Positions 27,228 through 37,358 of a stretch of 60,125 nt of DNA are shown one piece after another (the first letter of the stretch is position 1; each line of letters begins with the position of its first letter). The stretch is from positions 1 to 60,125 of the forward strand of contig JBFMCP010000020.1 in assembly GCA_040754455.1 (NCBI GenBank), in the 5' to 3' direction. The DNA comes from Nitrospirota bacterium. GTDB lineage: Bacteria; Nitrospirota; Thermodesulfovibrionia; Thermodesulfovibrionales; Dissulfurispiraceae. The notes under the pieces are model-generated. The model searched no databases, had not been told where the DNA came from, and saw nothing but the letters and a program-made list of their open reading frames with translations. Made by a program: the position numbers and the translations under genes.

Positions 27228-28082
27228 ATGAATCTATTGCGTGAATATACATCGTTAGATGTAGGCAGTGAATGGAGAATCTTTTTTGCAGAATCGCATC
27301 TCGGTGCATCCATAACTGAGCAAATAGAGTCTTTTCTTATATCAGGTGCAGCCCCAGAGAACTGGGTCAGGCTTAAAAGCTCAGAAAATACAAATGTATG
27401 GAAATTCCCTGCGAATAATAGATGGTTTGTTTTCAAAGAATATCTTAAAAGAGGCCCCTTCGACGGAATCAAAGCCCTTATAAGGGGCTCAAGGGCGAGA
27501 AGAGCATGGATGAACGGAAGGACGCTCAATCAAGAAGGTCTCCCTACCCCTGAGATAGTGGGTTTTGGAGAAAGACTATCTTTCCCTTTTGTGAAGCGGG
27601 ATTTTCTTGTAACAGAGTTTATTCCTGACGCTCTCGGCATCTATACTTTTCTGAATGAAATTTTGACCTTCCCCCTTACGAAAGAGCAGGTAACGTTGAA
27701 ACGAGCCGTTATCCGCTCGTTTGGCGCTTTTATCGGGAGACTCCACGCAAAAGGTTTTGCGCATGGGGACCTCCGGCTCGACAATATTCTTATTACCGGG
27801 TGGAGAGGGAAGCAATATAAATTCTTCCTTATTGATAATGAAAGGAATAGGTATTTCTCGAAAGGGATTCCTGACCTGTATCGCATGATAAACCTTGTGC
27901 AGCTTAATATGCTTGTTTTGCCCCAGGTAACCTTTGCTGACCGCATTCGTTTTTTCAGGGCGTACCTGACTGAAAACCATGAACTTATCCCTGTTGAAAA
28001 AGAGTGGATGCGTAACGTATTCTTAAAGACACGAAAGCGATTGCAGAAGAAAATGCCAGGGATATGGGAGTCCTCGCGATGA
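27228..28082 (+). CDS. lipopolysaccharide kinase (Kdo/WaaP/InaA family)
   Basis: GSRARRAW, LVTE, HGDLRLDNIL, LIDNE. Confidence 0.85.
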   Translation: MNLLREYTSLDVGSEWRIFFAESHLGASITEQIESFLISGAAPENWVRLKSSENTNVWKFPANNRWFVFKEYLKRGPFDGIKALIRGSRARRAWMNGRTLNQEGLPTPEIVGFGERLSFPFVKRDFLVTEFIPDALGIYTFLNEILTFPLTKEQVTLKRAVIRSFGAFIGRLHAKGFAHGDLRLDNILITGWRGKQYKFFLIDNERNRYFSKGIPDLYRMINLVQLNMLVLPQVTFADRIRFFRAYLTENHELIPVEKEWMRNVFLKTRKRLQKKMPGIWESSR

Positions 28083-29200
28083 AAAGAGTATTGCATCTGA
28101 TCAAAGAATACACAGGGAACTATCCCTTGCTAAATGAGCTCGTGAAAGGGCTACCAAGAGACAGGTATGGATCTATCGTTTGCTATCTAAGTGGTAGATC
28201 GGATGGGAAGAATGAACTGGAGTCGATTGCTTTGGAGGTAAGCTACCTAGGGTTCAGTAGAAAGTACACTAAGCACATTAGACCCGGACTAATAGTTGCT
28301 CTTGCGAAGCTAGTGCGAAGCAGAAATATCGATATTATTCATTGTCACAGACACAAGGCTACCATCATTGGAACTGTTGCGGCAATGCTTGCGGGGACTC
28401 CTCATGTAGTTTCGCACGTTCACGGACTTGCTCGCACCAGATCATTAGGAAGGCGCTTTACCAATTGGATGATTTTCAAACGGATGAAGAGAATTGTTGC
28501 TGTTTCAGATACGGTCAAGCAGGACATTGTCAGTAGTAATTGGGGAGTAGATTCATCAAAGGTAGTCACGGTCAGAAATGGTATAAATCTGCGACTGGTT
28601 GACCAGCGCGCAATAAGCAAAAGAGAAGCCCGCTTGAGGCTTGGAATTACTGATAACGACTTCGTTTTCGGTACTGTGGGGAGATTGACTAATACAAAAG
28701 GGCATGCTTATCTGCTCACGGCATTTTCTGAAATAAGAGAGCGAATACGCTCAGCACGGCTTTTGCTTATTGGCGATGGTCCTCTGAGAAGTTCCTTAGA
28801 GCAGAGGGCTGATGAGTTGGGCATATCGGCATACGTCTCTTTCCTTGGATATAGAAACGATGTATTGGAACTACTCAGAGGGATCGATGTCTTTGTTTTT
28901 CCATCCCTTGCTGAGGGATTACCATTGGCTCTCCTTGAGGCTATGGGATCACGACTTCCTGTTATTGCATCTCGGGTAGGGGGAATTCCGGAGATCCTGG
29001 GCGAAAGTAACTGCGGCATCCTCATACCGCCAAAAGATGTCAATGCATTAAGTGCCGGCATGAGCACCATAGGCCTCCTCAATGAGGAGGCTAGGAGAGA
29101 GATGGGTAATGCGGCAAGGAAAAGAGTTGAGGATATGTTTACCGTTGAGCAAATGAGTAAGGCCCTGGAAGCTGTTTATGAATCTATCGATTCAAAATAG
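28079..29200 (+). CDS. GT4-family glycosyltransferase
   Basis: VGRL..KGH, EGLPLALLEAM, SRVGGIPE; ATGA overlap with the upstream gene. Confidence 0.92.
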   Translation: MKRVLHLIKEYTGNYPLLNELVKGLPRDRYGSIVCYLSGRSDGKNELESIALEVSYLGFSRKYTKHIRPGLIVALAKLVRSRNIDIIHCHRHKATIIGTVAAMLAGTPHVVSHVHGLARTRSLGRRFTNWMIFKRMKRIVAVSDTVKQDIVSSNWGVDSSKVVTVRNGINLRLVDQRAISKREARLRLGITDNDFVFGTVGRLTNTKGHAYLLTAFSEIRERIRSARLLLIGDGPLRSSLEQRADELGISAYVSFLGYRNDVLELLRGIDVFVFPSLAEGLPLALLEAMGSRLPVIASRVGGIPEILGESNCGILIPPKDVNALSAGMSTIGLLNEEARREMGNAARKRVEDMFTVEQMSKALEAVYESIDSK

Positions 29201-30116
29201 CGGAAATTTGCTGAATGAAAGCGCTCCCTTGGTATCAGTCATTGTTCCTGCATATAATCACGAAGCCTATATTGCGGAATGTGTGCGGAGTATTCTAGAA
29301 CAAGATTATCCCCATATAGATTTAATCATTATTAATGATGGCTCAACTGATAGTACTGATCAGAAGGTCTGCGCACTAGCGGAGGAATATTTTTCGAGAT
29401 TTCGATATATATCGAAAAAAAACGAAGGACTTATAAAGACACTGAATTTAGGCCTAAGATTGGCCCACGGAGAATACTTATGTGAGCTGGCATCAGATGA
29501 TATACTGTTGCGCGGAAGCATCAGAAAAAGGATTGAGTATCTTGTCAGTCGCCCTGCTGTAGATGTGGTTTTTGCTGATGCCTTTATTCTCAACGAGCAG
29601 GGGAGGACCACCGAGCGGTTAATGGTGAATAGAAAAAGCTTTAGAAGCTCAGAACATACAGTACAGGACCTGATTGAAGGGAGAGCTAAAATATTTTTCC
29701 CTTCTGGTATGTTTAGAAAATCCTTTCTTGAGCGGCTCGGTGGATTTGATGAGGATTTTCGGGATTACGAGGATGTGGCGATGAAATTTCAGCTTGCTAT
29801 TCACGCAAACATCGACTACCTTGACGAGCCAGTACTGTACTATCGGCGGCACGGCAGTAATACCTCTTCCACTAATAAATTCTCCCTGAGAAAAGAGAAA
29901 GTGCTGGCGCTCGAAAAGCTGCTGTCCTCATACCAGGGTGATGAGAGGCTCATAAAGAGTTCTTTAGGCAAGGAATATTTGAAACTCGTCAAGATCTCGC
30001 TCACGCATCCCGCTACACGGGATGCGACAAAGAGAACCCTCACAAAGGCATTCAAGATTCGTCCTTTAAATGTAAAACTATGGTATTATTTTGCTCGCTA
30101 TCTCTTAAGGATTTAA
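29178..30116 (+). CDS. GT2-family glycosyltransferase
   Basis: VSVIVPAYN, NDGSTD, SDD, GGFDE...ED. Confidence 0.92.
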   Translation: MNLSIQNSGNLLNESAPLVSVIVPAYNHEAYIAECVRSILEQDYPHIDLIIINDGSTDSTDQKVCALAEEYFSRFRYISKKNEGLIKTLNLGLRLAHGEYLCELASDDILLRGSIRKRIEYLVSRPAVDVVFADAFILNEQGRTTERLMVNRKSFRSSEHTVQDLIEGRAKIFFPSGMFRKSFLERLGGFDEDFRDYEDVAMKFQLAIHANIDYLDEPVLYYRRHGSNTSSTNKFSLRKEKVLALEKLLSSYQGDERLIKSSLGKEYLKLVKISLTHPATRDATKRTLTKAFKIRPLNVKLWYYFARYLLRI

Positions 30117-30121
30117 GGGTA

Positions 30122-31327
30122 ATGAAGGAATACAGCCGTTTTACGGATTATCTTATCGAGCTTAACATTATTCTATTGATCTTTGCCTTTCCTCTCAATC
30201 TTGTATGGTTCAACAGGCTCTGGGATGCGCTCCTTGTTATCTGGGTTATAAAAAAAGTGGCCGCTAGAGAACGCTTCGCTCTTCCCCCATCGGCCGGCCT
30301 TCTTGCAGCGTTTGCCAGTGCGGTGACTGTATCAGCGCTCCTTTCTGCGCAGCCCCCGTATATCGGCAAGCTCAGATATTTTTTAAAAGGGGTTGGGCTT
30401 AGTATGGTAGCCTATGACTTCTTCCGCTATGATCAGCGGCGGATTGTTAGAGTGCTCAACTATTTTATCGCGTGCACGTTGATGGTGAGCCTCTATGCTA
30501 CGTATGAGGCAATATATTTGAGAGGACTTAATTCCAGAGCGCAATCTTTTTTTGAAAACACCTTTTACTTGGCACTATGGTCGGGAGTCGGTCTGTTTAT
30601 TGTGATAGCCAGACTGCAGAAGAGCTCGTCAAAGATATCTTCTGCTGTGTATTACATAATTATGCTTATATTGGGAACAGCATTTTTGCTCTCAAAGACA
30701 CGAGGTCCTTTTATAGGTATGGGAGCGACGCTGCTAGTTTTGTTCTTTGTTTCACCTCATAGAAGCAGCTTACTGAAAATTAGTACAGCTCTTATTGCTT
30801 TAATGCTTACAGTATTCTATGTAGATGATACTTTGAACATAAGGCTACTATCAATCATGAACAACAACTCGCATCTGCGCTGGACGATATGGCAACAATC
30901 TCTTGCGCTGATAAGAGAGACCTTCTCCACACTGAACTGGCTCTTTGGTAAGGGGCCGGGGATGTTCAAATATGAATATCCCCATTTCGACAAGATCAAC
31001 CAAAATTTTACCTTTCCACATTTCGTGCCATTCGAACTACTGTATGTCACTGGTATTGTTGGGCTCATTATCTCTATGATCTGGTTTGCTTTTTTTTACT
31101 ATAAGCTTTTTCTCCTGTCGAAGAGTGTGCCAGCTCATCATCTAAAACATATAGGGATGCTACCCCTACTGATTCTGCTCATTTGCTTGGTCAATGAGAG
31201 CTTTTTCTCGCGATACTTTTCTTTTCCTTTTTGGTTCTTCGTAGGGGTTTCATTTGCATTGCTGGATAATTCAAGGCATAGGGATTGTAAGGATGTGCAG
31301 AGATGCAAACTGATGGAAATGAGATGA
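30122..31327 (+). CDS. O-antigen ligase family membrane protein (WaaL-like)
   Basis: Many TM helices, SKTRG, R..IW, FGKGPG.F, PH. Confidence 0.8.
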   Translation: MKEYSRFTDYLIELNIILLIFAFPLNLVWFNRLWDALLVIWVIKKVAARERFALPPSAGLLAAFASAVTVSALLSAQPPYIGKLRYFLKGVGLSMVAYDFFRYDQRRIVRVLNYFIACTLMVSLYATYEAIYLRGLNSRAQSFFENTFYLALWSGVGLFIVIARLQKSSSKISSAVYYIIMLILGTAFLLSKTRGPFIGMGATLLVLFFVSPHRSSLLKISTALIALMLTVFYVDDTLNIRLLSIMNNNSHLRWTIWQQSLALIRETFSTLNWLFGKGPGMFKYEYPHFDKINQNFTFPHFVPFELLYVTGIVGLIISMIWFAFFYYKLFLLSKSVPAHHLKHIGMLPLLILLICLVNESFFSRYFSFPFWFFVGVSFALLDNSRHRDCKDVQRCKLMEMR

Positions 31328-31887
31328 GCCTAAAGAAATTTCGCTGGTTCATTATACATACTGTCCATTACCTTCGCTGGCGGTGGCGATTCCATAGGTT
31401 TGGATGGGGATCACGCCTCTATAAATATGACGCACTGCATAAGCCCGGGGCAATTAGCATAGGCAGAAATGTCACTATTATGAAGGGAGCACGCCTCGAA
31501 GCTGTAGGGAAATGGGATAAGATGTCACCAAAGATAACCATTGGTGATGGCACCTCAATTCAGTTTTATTTTCACTGCGGATCGGCGAGGTCGGTTAGAA
31601 TAGGAAAAGATGTGTTGATTGCGGGGAGGGTCTTTATTACAGATCATGATCATGTACTTGATCATCCCGTTTTTCCACCCAGCAAGTGTCGAGACTCGCA
31701 TGCGGAACCGGTCGTTATTGAGGATGGCGTTTGGCTTGGTGAGGGCTGCATTATTCTCAAAGGTGTAACCATAGGTGAACGTGCCGTGGTTGGAGCAAAT
31801 GCAGTGGTGACAAAGAATGTACCGCCATTTACCATAGTGGCAGGGGTCCCAGCCAAAGAAATCCGCAAGATACAGATGCATAAATGA
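31324..31887 (+). CDS. hexapeptide-repeat (LbH) acyltransferase
   Basis: ITDHDH, VVIEDGVWLG, GANAVVTK, AGVPAK. Confidence 0.9.
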   Translation: MSLKKFRWFIIHTVHYLRWRWRFHRFGWGSRLYKYDALHKPGAISIGRNVTIMKGARLEAVGKWDKMSPKITIGDGTSIQFYFHCGSARSVRIGKDVLIAGRVFITDHDHVLDHPVFPPSKCRDSHAEPVVIEDGVWLGEGCIILKGVTIGERAVVGANAVVTKNVPPFTIVAGVPAKEIRKIQMHK

Positions 31888-31984
31888 GGAGGCTGGCGAG
31901 AATGATATTATTGAACAAGCAGGTAACTGCGCATAAATAATCTATGCTCGAGGATAGAAAAAGCAGTTAAAGTCTGAGGGAAAT

Positions 31985-32965
31985 ATGTTAGTACATTCTC
32001 AATATAATGAGTGCAAGGTATGCGGTGGTAGAAGCCATAAGCTGCTCTTTACGGCTAAAGATTTGAATTATAGAACTACAAATAAAGAGTTTAACATCGT
32101 TAAATGTAGAAAATGCAAGCTGGTACATATCAACCCTCTTCCTGAAAGCTTGGAGCAATATTATCCTGAATTGTACGGCCCGCATCAGCAAAAAAATAAA
32201 ATTTCAATTAACCCCTCACTGCAAAGAGTGTTGAATCTATTTTATGATTACCCTGTGCAAAATGGCGATGGGCGAAGCGCTATAGATAAATTGCGCTACC
32301 TACATCGATTTCTGGAAGTAGCATTCAAAAATGATTTCTTTTTTTATAGGATTCCTTATAGCAGCAACAAAAGGCTTCTCGATATTGGTTGTGGAAATGG
32401 CAGCTATCTGTTGTATCTAAAAAAACTTGGATGGGACGCAGAAAAGCAGCTTTTCGGAGTAGAATTTCCCAACGCATCGATTGCTCAGATAAAGCAGTCC
32501 GAACAATTAAATATCATCGAAGGTGATTTTCTTGATATCGAATTGCCGATGAATTTTTTTACTATTGCGACCCTGAGACATGTTTTAGAGCATTTTATCG
32601 ATCCGGTTTTAGCCATGAAAAAAGTGAGAGAAATTCTAGAGCCCGGAGGAAAAGTATTTATAAGCGTTCCCAATTTCCGAAGTCTGGAGGGGGTTTTCCT
32701 CAAAGAGAAATGGTATCCTTTAGATCCGCCAAGACATTTATACCACTTCACTCCGGGGACGTTGAGAAAGCTTTTGCATAAAACCGGTTTTGAAGTGGAA
32801 AAGATGCATCTGAAGAGAAGCATGAGCTCGTTGACAAAAAGTTTAGAAAATTACGGCATTAATATCTCGAAGCCGACAAGGAAGTACCTCATATCGAACT
32901 TTCTTAAACTATCAAAAGTCCTTGGCTTTAGTGCGGAAATCCTATGTATTGCAGTAAAAAAATAA
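31985..32965 (+). CDS. class I SAM-dependent methyltransferase with an N-terminal zinc ribbon
   Basis: CKVC...CRKC, LLDIGCGNG, HVLEH, VPN, PRHLYHF. Confidence 0.88.
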   Translation: MLVHSQYNECKVCGGRSHKLLFTAKDLNYRTTNKEFNIVKCRKCKLVHINPLPESLEQYYPELYGPHQQKNKISINPSLQRVLNLFYDYPVQNGDGRSAIDKLRYLHRFLEVAFKNDFFFYRIPYSSNKRLLDIGCGNGSYLLYLKKLGWDAEKQLFGVEFPNASIAQIKQSEQLNIIEGDFLDIELPMNFFTIATLRHVLEHFIDPVLAMKKVREILEPGGKVFISVPNFRSLEGVFLKEKWYPLDPPRHLYHFTPGTLRKLLHKTGFEVEKMHLKRSMSSLTKSLENYGINISKPTRKYLISNFLKLSKVLGFSAEILCIAVKK

Positions 32966-33699
32966 CTAAGCTGAACGCTTGTGATCTCAATGCCCTCACC
33001 AATTATAAGGAGTTTTTTTCTCTTAAGAAAAATGATACGTCGGCTACGGTGGGTAGGATAAGGGGTGGCCTCTTTGACCTTTCTTTTGATGTCTGGCTGA
33101 AACGATTCAATAGTAAGGGCACCTTAGATTTTCTTCTGAAGAAAGCCTTCGGAAGCAGGGCAAAGCGTCTCTGGAAAGTAAATCTGAAGCTTTTTGAGAA
33201 GGGCTTGCCTGTACCTGTCCCTTTCGCTTACTATGAGCCCTCATTCAAGATGAAGCATTCTTTTTACCTCTCTTCCGTAATTGAAAACTCGGAGAATCTA
33301 GGGGTCCTTTACAAGGAAGGCCGGTTTCATAGTCCCGAAGATATTGCGCAGATGTTGGGGCAGGCTATTGCTCAGTGGCACCTGGCCGGAGCAGTGCATG
33401 GAGATATGAAATGGTCGAATATTCTGCTCCAGGCAAATGGAGAGAAAGGAAAAGTCTTCTTCATTGATTTAGACCAGGCGAAGCTTTATAGAAGACCCAA
33501 TATCAGGGGAATGTGCAAAGACCTGAAAAGATTCTATAGATTCGGCCTTGAAATCGGGGCGGAGGAATGGGTTTGCTCTTGTTTCTTTCCTGCATACCTG
33601 GCATCTATTCCCGACCAGATGAGGGCAAGAATAGATGTAGAGCATGTTAAAAAGACAGCGGCAAGGGAGTGGAACAAGAGGGGGCAGCGGCGATTCTAG
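32944..33699 (+). CDS. lipopolysaccharide kinase (InaA/Kdo family); start uncertain
   Basis: GSRAKRLW, HGDMKWSNIL, FIDLD. Confidence 0.82.
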   Translation: MYCSKKITKLNACDLNALTNYKEFFSLKKNDTSATVGRIRGGLFDLSFDVWLKRFNSKGTLDFLLKKAFGSRAKRLWKVNLKLFEKGLPVPVPFAYYEPSFKMKHSFYLSSVIENSENLGVLYKEGRFHSPEDIAQMLGQAIAQWHLAGAVHGDMKWSNILLQANGEKGKVFFIDLDQAKLYRRPNIRGMCKDLKRFYRFGLEIGAEEWVCSCFFPAYLASIPDQMRARIDVEHVKKTAAREWNKRGQRRF

Positions 33700-33835
33700 G
33701 ACGCACCGCAGGGGCAGCTCAGGAAAGCACCGCAGGATGGTGTCAGTATAAGTAGCTGTAATTGTAATTTTTCTCCACCACATATTATCATGTCATCATA
33801 AAAAATTATAAAGGAATATCCTTATTGTTTATTGC

Positions 33836-34969
33836 ATGAAGCTGTTGTTCTGTCTGTTTAAATATTTCCCTTTCGGCGGCCTGCAGCGTGATTTCAGACG
33901 TATTGCACAGATATGCCTCGAGAGAGGCCACGCGATCGATGTCGCCACTACGGAGTGGAGCGGAGATATCCCTCCGGGGATGAGTCTCTCGGTGCTTCCC
34001 GTTAAAGGGTTTGCCAATCACCAGCGCTGCCTGAGCTTTGCAAACATGGTAGCCGGTTTCATGAAGTATAATAAATATGATGCTGTAGTTGGATTCAATA
34101 AGATTCCCGGCCTTGATGTCTACTTTGCTGCTGATCCCTGCTATAAGGCAAAGGTGCTGGAGGGAAAGGGTTTCCTTTACCGCTTGACTCCCCGTTACCG
34201 CACCTATGCCGCATTGGAGAAATCGGTATTTGATCCGGCAGCCAGGACCCGAATACTTCTCATTTCTGAAAGGGAAAGAGAAAAGTTTATCCGTTGCTAT
34301 AACACCCCCGTCGAGCGTTTTCATTCTTTACCCCCCGGCATTTCCAGAGATCGCGTAGCTCCGCCGGATGCAGAGACAATCAGGCGTGCGCTACGAAGCG
34401 AACTGGGGATACCCGATGATGTGCTCCTATTGCTCATGGTCGGCTCGAGCTTCACAACCAAAGGGCTCGACCGCTCGATTCTGGCGATAGCCGGTCTTCC
34501 TGAAGCGCTCAGAAAAAAAGTGCGGCTTCTTGTTATCGGTGAAGGGGATCAACAGCCTTTTATCAGGCTGGCGAAAAGAAAGCATATCTCCGACCAGTTG
34601 TTATTCATGGGAGGACGGAACGACGTGCCGCGCTTTCTGCTTGGCGCTGACCTGCTCCTGCATCCGGCATACACTGAAAATACCGGCACCGTACTTGTCG
34701 AAGCAATGGCATCGGGGCTACCGGTCCTGGCAACCGAAATCTGCGGCTATTCTTCTTATGTGAAGGAGGCGGAAGCGGGGCTGCTTATTCCTTCTCCATT
34801 CAGGCAACAGACGTTCAATGATCTGCTACAATACATGCTGTCATCTCAGGATCGCATGCAGTGGGGGAAAAACGGTATTGCGTATACAACCCGGACGGAT
34901 GTCTTCAGTATGCCTGAGAAGGCCGCTGATATTATAGAAGCTGTTGCCGTGCAAGGTAGGCTGGCATGA
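33836..34969 (+). CDS. waaG: LPS core glucosyltransferase WaaG
   Basis: FKYFPFGGLQRDF, GFNKIPGLDVYFAADPC, HPAYTENTGTVL. Confidence 0.93.
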   Translation: MKLLFCLFKYFPFGGLQRDFRRIAQICLERGHAIDVATTEWSGDIPPGMSLSVLPVKGFANHQRCLSFANMVAGFMKYNKYDAVVGFNKIPGLDVYFAADPCYKAKVLEGKGFLYRLTPRYRTYAALEKSVFDPAARTRILLISEREREKFIRCYNTPVERFHSLPPGISRDRVAPPDAETIRRALRSELGIPDDVLLLLMVGSSFTTKGLDRSILAIAGLPEALRKKVRLLVIGEGDQQPFIRLAKRKHISDQLLFMGGRNDVPRFLLGADLLLHPAYTENTGTVLVEAMASGLPVLATEICGYSSYVKEAEAGLLIPSPFRQQTFNDLLQYMLSSQDRMQWGKNGIAYTTRTDVFSMPEKAADIIEAVAVQGRLA

Positions 34970-35787
34970 TGGTGCTCCGCGAAGACTTTCAGGAGTGGTT
35001 TAAAGATACGGATGCGTTTGACGGCATTTTCAATCTTGAGGGGAGAATATTCCGGGAGCATAAGAACCGAAAGACCTTCCGCATCGTAAAGGACGGAAAA
35101 GGCTATTTTGTAAAAACGCACCGGAGCGTAGGGTGGAACGAGATCCTTAAAAATATTATTCGACTGAAGATGCCGGTCTTGGGGGCCTGGAACGAGGTGC
35201 ATGCCATAAAGCGGCTTGAGGAGCTCGGGGTGGCAACCATGAGGATGGTTGGCTATGGAGTGCGCGGGACCCCTCCGGCATGGCTTGATTCTTTTGTGAT
35301 TACTGAAGAGTTGGAGAATACGATAAGTCTTGAGGACTTTACCCGGAACTGGTGCGTTACTCCTCCCGATACCTTGCTGAAGCGGATGCTTATCTTGAAG
35401 GTTGCCGATATTGCCCGTCGCCTCCATCGGAACGGCGTTAATCATCGGGATTTTTACATCTGCCACTTTTTCCTCGATCTCACAAGCCTTAATGAAAAAA
35501 GCGGCTATGAGGGGCTGACTGTTTATCTTATCGATCTGCATCGTGTTCAGCTGCGGGAAAAAACGCCGCAACGATGGATCATCAAAGATCTGGCGGGTCT
35601 CTTCTTTTCGAGCATGGATATCGGATTAACGCAACGGGATGTATTTCGATTTCTGAGAGAGTACACCGGCAAGCCGCTGCGAAGTATCCTTAAAGAGGAT
35701 CGGAACTTCTGGAGGCATGTCAACAGGCGGGCAGTTAAACTTTACAGAAAGCATTTCGGACGCGATCCGGGTATTGCAATGGAATAA
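34966..35787 (+). CDS. waaP: LPS core heptose(I) kinase WaaP
   Basis: GWNEILKN, PVLGA.NE, NHRDFYICHF, IDLHR, KDLAGL.FS. Confidence 0.93.
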   Translation: MMVLREDFQEWFKDTDAFDGIFNLEGRIFREHKNRKTFRIVKDGKGYFVKTHRSVGWNEILKNIIRLKMPVLGAWNEVHAIKRLEELGVATMRMVGYGVRGTPPAWLDSFVITEELENTISLEDFTRNWCVTPPDTLLKRMLILKVADIARRLHRNGVNHRDFYICHFFLDLTSLNEKSGYEGLTVYLIDLHRVQLREKTPQRWIIKDLAGLFFSSMDIGLTQRDVFRFLREYTGKPLRSILKEDRNFWRHVNRRAVKLYRKHFGRDPGIAME

Positions 35788-35796
35788 GAGAAGTTT

Positions 35797-37314
35797 ATGA
35801 AAACAGAGTTGACAATGGATGATATCACATATAGACCCTCCTGCGAACTTAAAAAAAACGACTTTCTTCCGATAGGAGTCATTTTACTGTATTGCCTTGC
35901 ATATGCTTCGATAAGGCTTTTGATCTCGCCATCAATGGAGCTGGATGAGGCTGAACAGTTTTTGAAAGGCTTTGCTCTTTCCCTGGGCTACAGCAACCAG
36001 CCCCCCTTATACAGCTGGATTGTGAAAATAGTATCCATGGGCTTCGGCTTAAATATCATAACCCTTGTGGCAGTGAAGTATTGCCTGATCTTTTTCTTTT
36101 ATATCGCCTTCTACCACACTGTCCGCTCTGTCTGGAATGTGAAAGAGTCGCTTCTTATAACAGGTTCTCTGCTGGTTTTCCCTTCGTTTGCGTATGAATT
36201 TAACAGGGACCTGAGTCATACCGTCCTCGCAACGCTTATGGCATCTTTGACTTGCCTTATTTATTTCCGTCTGTTAAAAAAGCGAAAGACCCTTTTCTAT
36301 CTTTTAATCGGGGGGACCGTCGGTCTTGGCGTTTTGTCCAAGTATAACTTTGTATTTTTCGCGGCAGCCCTTGTGCTCGCAAGCGTCTCCTTCAGAGAGG
36401 GGCGGCGCGTGCTGTTTGATCGGAGATCGATACTCGCTATAGCGATCTGCTGCCTGGTGCTTCTCCCCCATTTGTTGTGGCTTAAGGAAAACAACTTTCT
36501 TCCCTTTTCCTATGCAATGAGCGAGTCAGGGGCCGGAGCGGTACGCTCATGTATATCCATCGAAACACTATCTCTTCTTGCCTCCTCGTATTCAGGAGTG
36601 CTGATATTTATCCTGGTTTTCGGCATCTTTTTCCGCCGTCATGTCTTCCTTGAGGTCAAGGAAGCCGACCCGGAAATGAGAGCATTCAGATGGATTGCTC
36701 TTTACGGAATGGCAATCCCGCTCATTGTTATCTTAAATCTCAGGACAGCGCATTTTTCCGAGCGCTGGCTCGCACCTGTTCTTTTTACACTGCCTCCAGC
36801 GCTGTTTTCGATAACCGGATTGGCGGTGAACAATAAGAGGTCCAAAGTTTTCGGTCTTTTCTGTATTTTTATCGCGTTCGGGGTGATCGCGGCAAGGGTG
36901 CTTATAGGCTTTATGCCCGATACAGTCGGCAAGGTGGAGCGTATACATATTCCTTTCAGAGAGATATCGCTGCAGCTGGCTGCTGCATTGCGACAAGAGG
37001 GAATACATGATTTCCGGCAGGTCGCTGTTATCTCCGATAGTGAGCATATTGCTGCCAACCTCATGGTATGGATGCCGGGAACAAAATTCGTTCCTTTTCA
37101 GAGTGTGCATCCTCCTCAGGGTAGTGATCTCCGGAAAAACATGGTCATTGTCTGGAATGCCTCGAAGCGGGGAAGAGATATCCCGAAAGAGTTTGCCGAT
37201 AGGTTCCCCGCTGCCGTCCCTCTCCGTCCGATAGAGGCGCCTTTCATTCGTGCTAAAAAATTCCCTCCCTACATCCTCGGCGCTGCAATAATTCCGCACA
37301 GACAAGCACTCTAG
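35797..37314 (+). CDS. ArnT/PMT-like (GT-C) membrane glycosyltransferase
   Basis: LDEAEQ, QPPLYSW, LSKYN, PHLLW, many TM helices. Confidence 0.85.
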   Translation: MKTELTMDDITYRPSCELKKNDFLPIGVILLYCLAYASIRLLISPSMELDEAEQFLKGFALSLGYSNQPPLYSWIVKIVSMGFGLNIITLVAVKYCLIFFFYIAFYHTVRSVWNVKESLLITGSLLVFPSFAYEFNRDLSHTVLATLMASLTCLIYFRLLKKRKTLFYLLIGGTVGLGVLSKYNFVFFAAALVLASVSFREGRRVLFDRRSILAIAICCLVLLPHLLWLKENNFLPFSYAMSESGAGAVRSCISIETLSLLASSYSGVLIFILVFGIFFRRHVFLEVKEADPEMRAFRWIALYGMAIPLIVILNLRTAHFSERWLAPVLFTLPPALFSITGLAVNNKRSKVFGLFCIFIAFGVIAARVLIGFMPDTVGKVERIHIPFREISLQLAAALRQEGIHDFRQVAVISDSEHIAANLMVWMPGTKFVPFQSVHPPQGSDLRKNMVIVWNASKRGRDIPKEFADRFPAAVPLRPIEAPFIRAKKFPPYILGAAIIPHRQAL

Positions 37315-37358
37315 GAGCCCTCCGGAATATCGTGCATTGTTTTTACGAATTATCCGGG

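Noticed and set aside
33703..33736. Direct repeat GCACCGCAGG x2 at the end of the AT-rich cassette
   Set aside because: Too short, and no matching copy was seen at the other cassette boundary, so it cannot be called an att site or target duplication.
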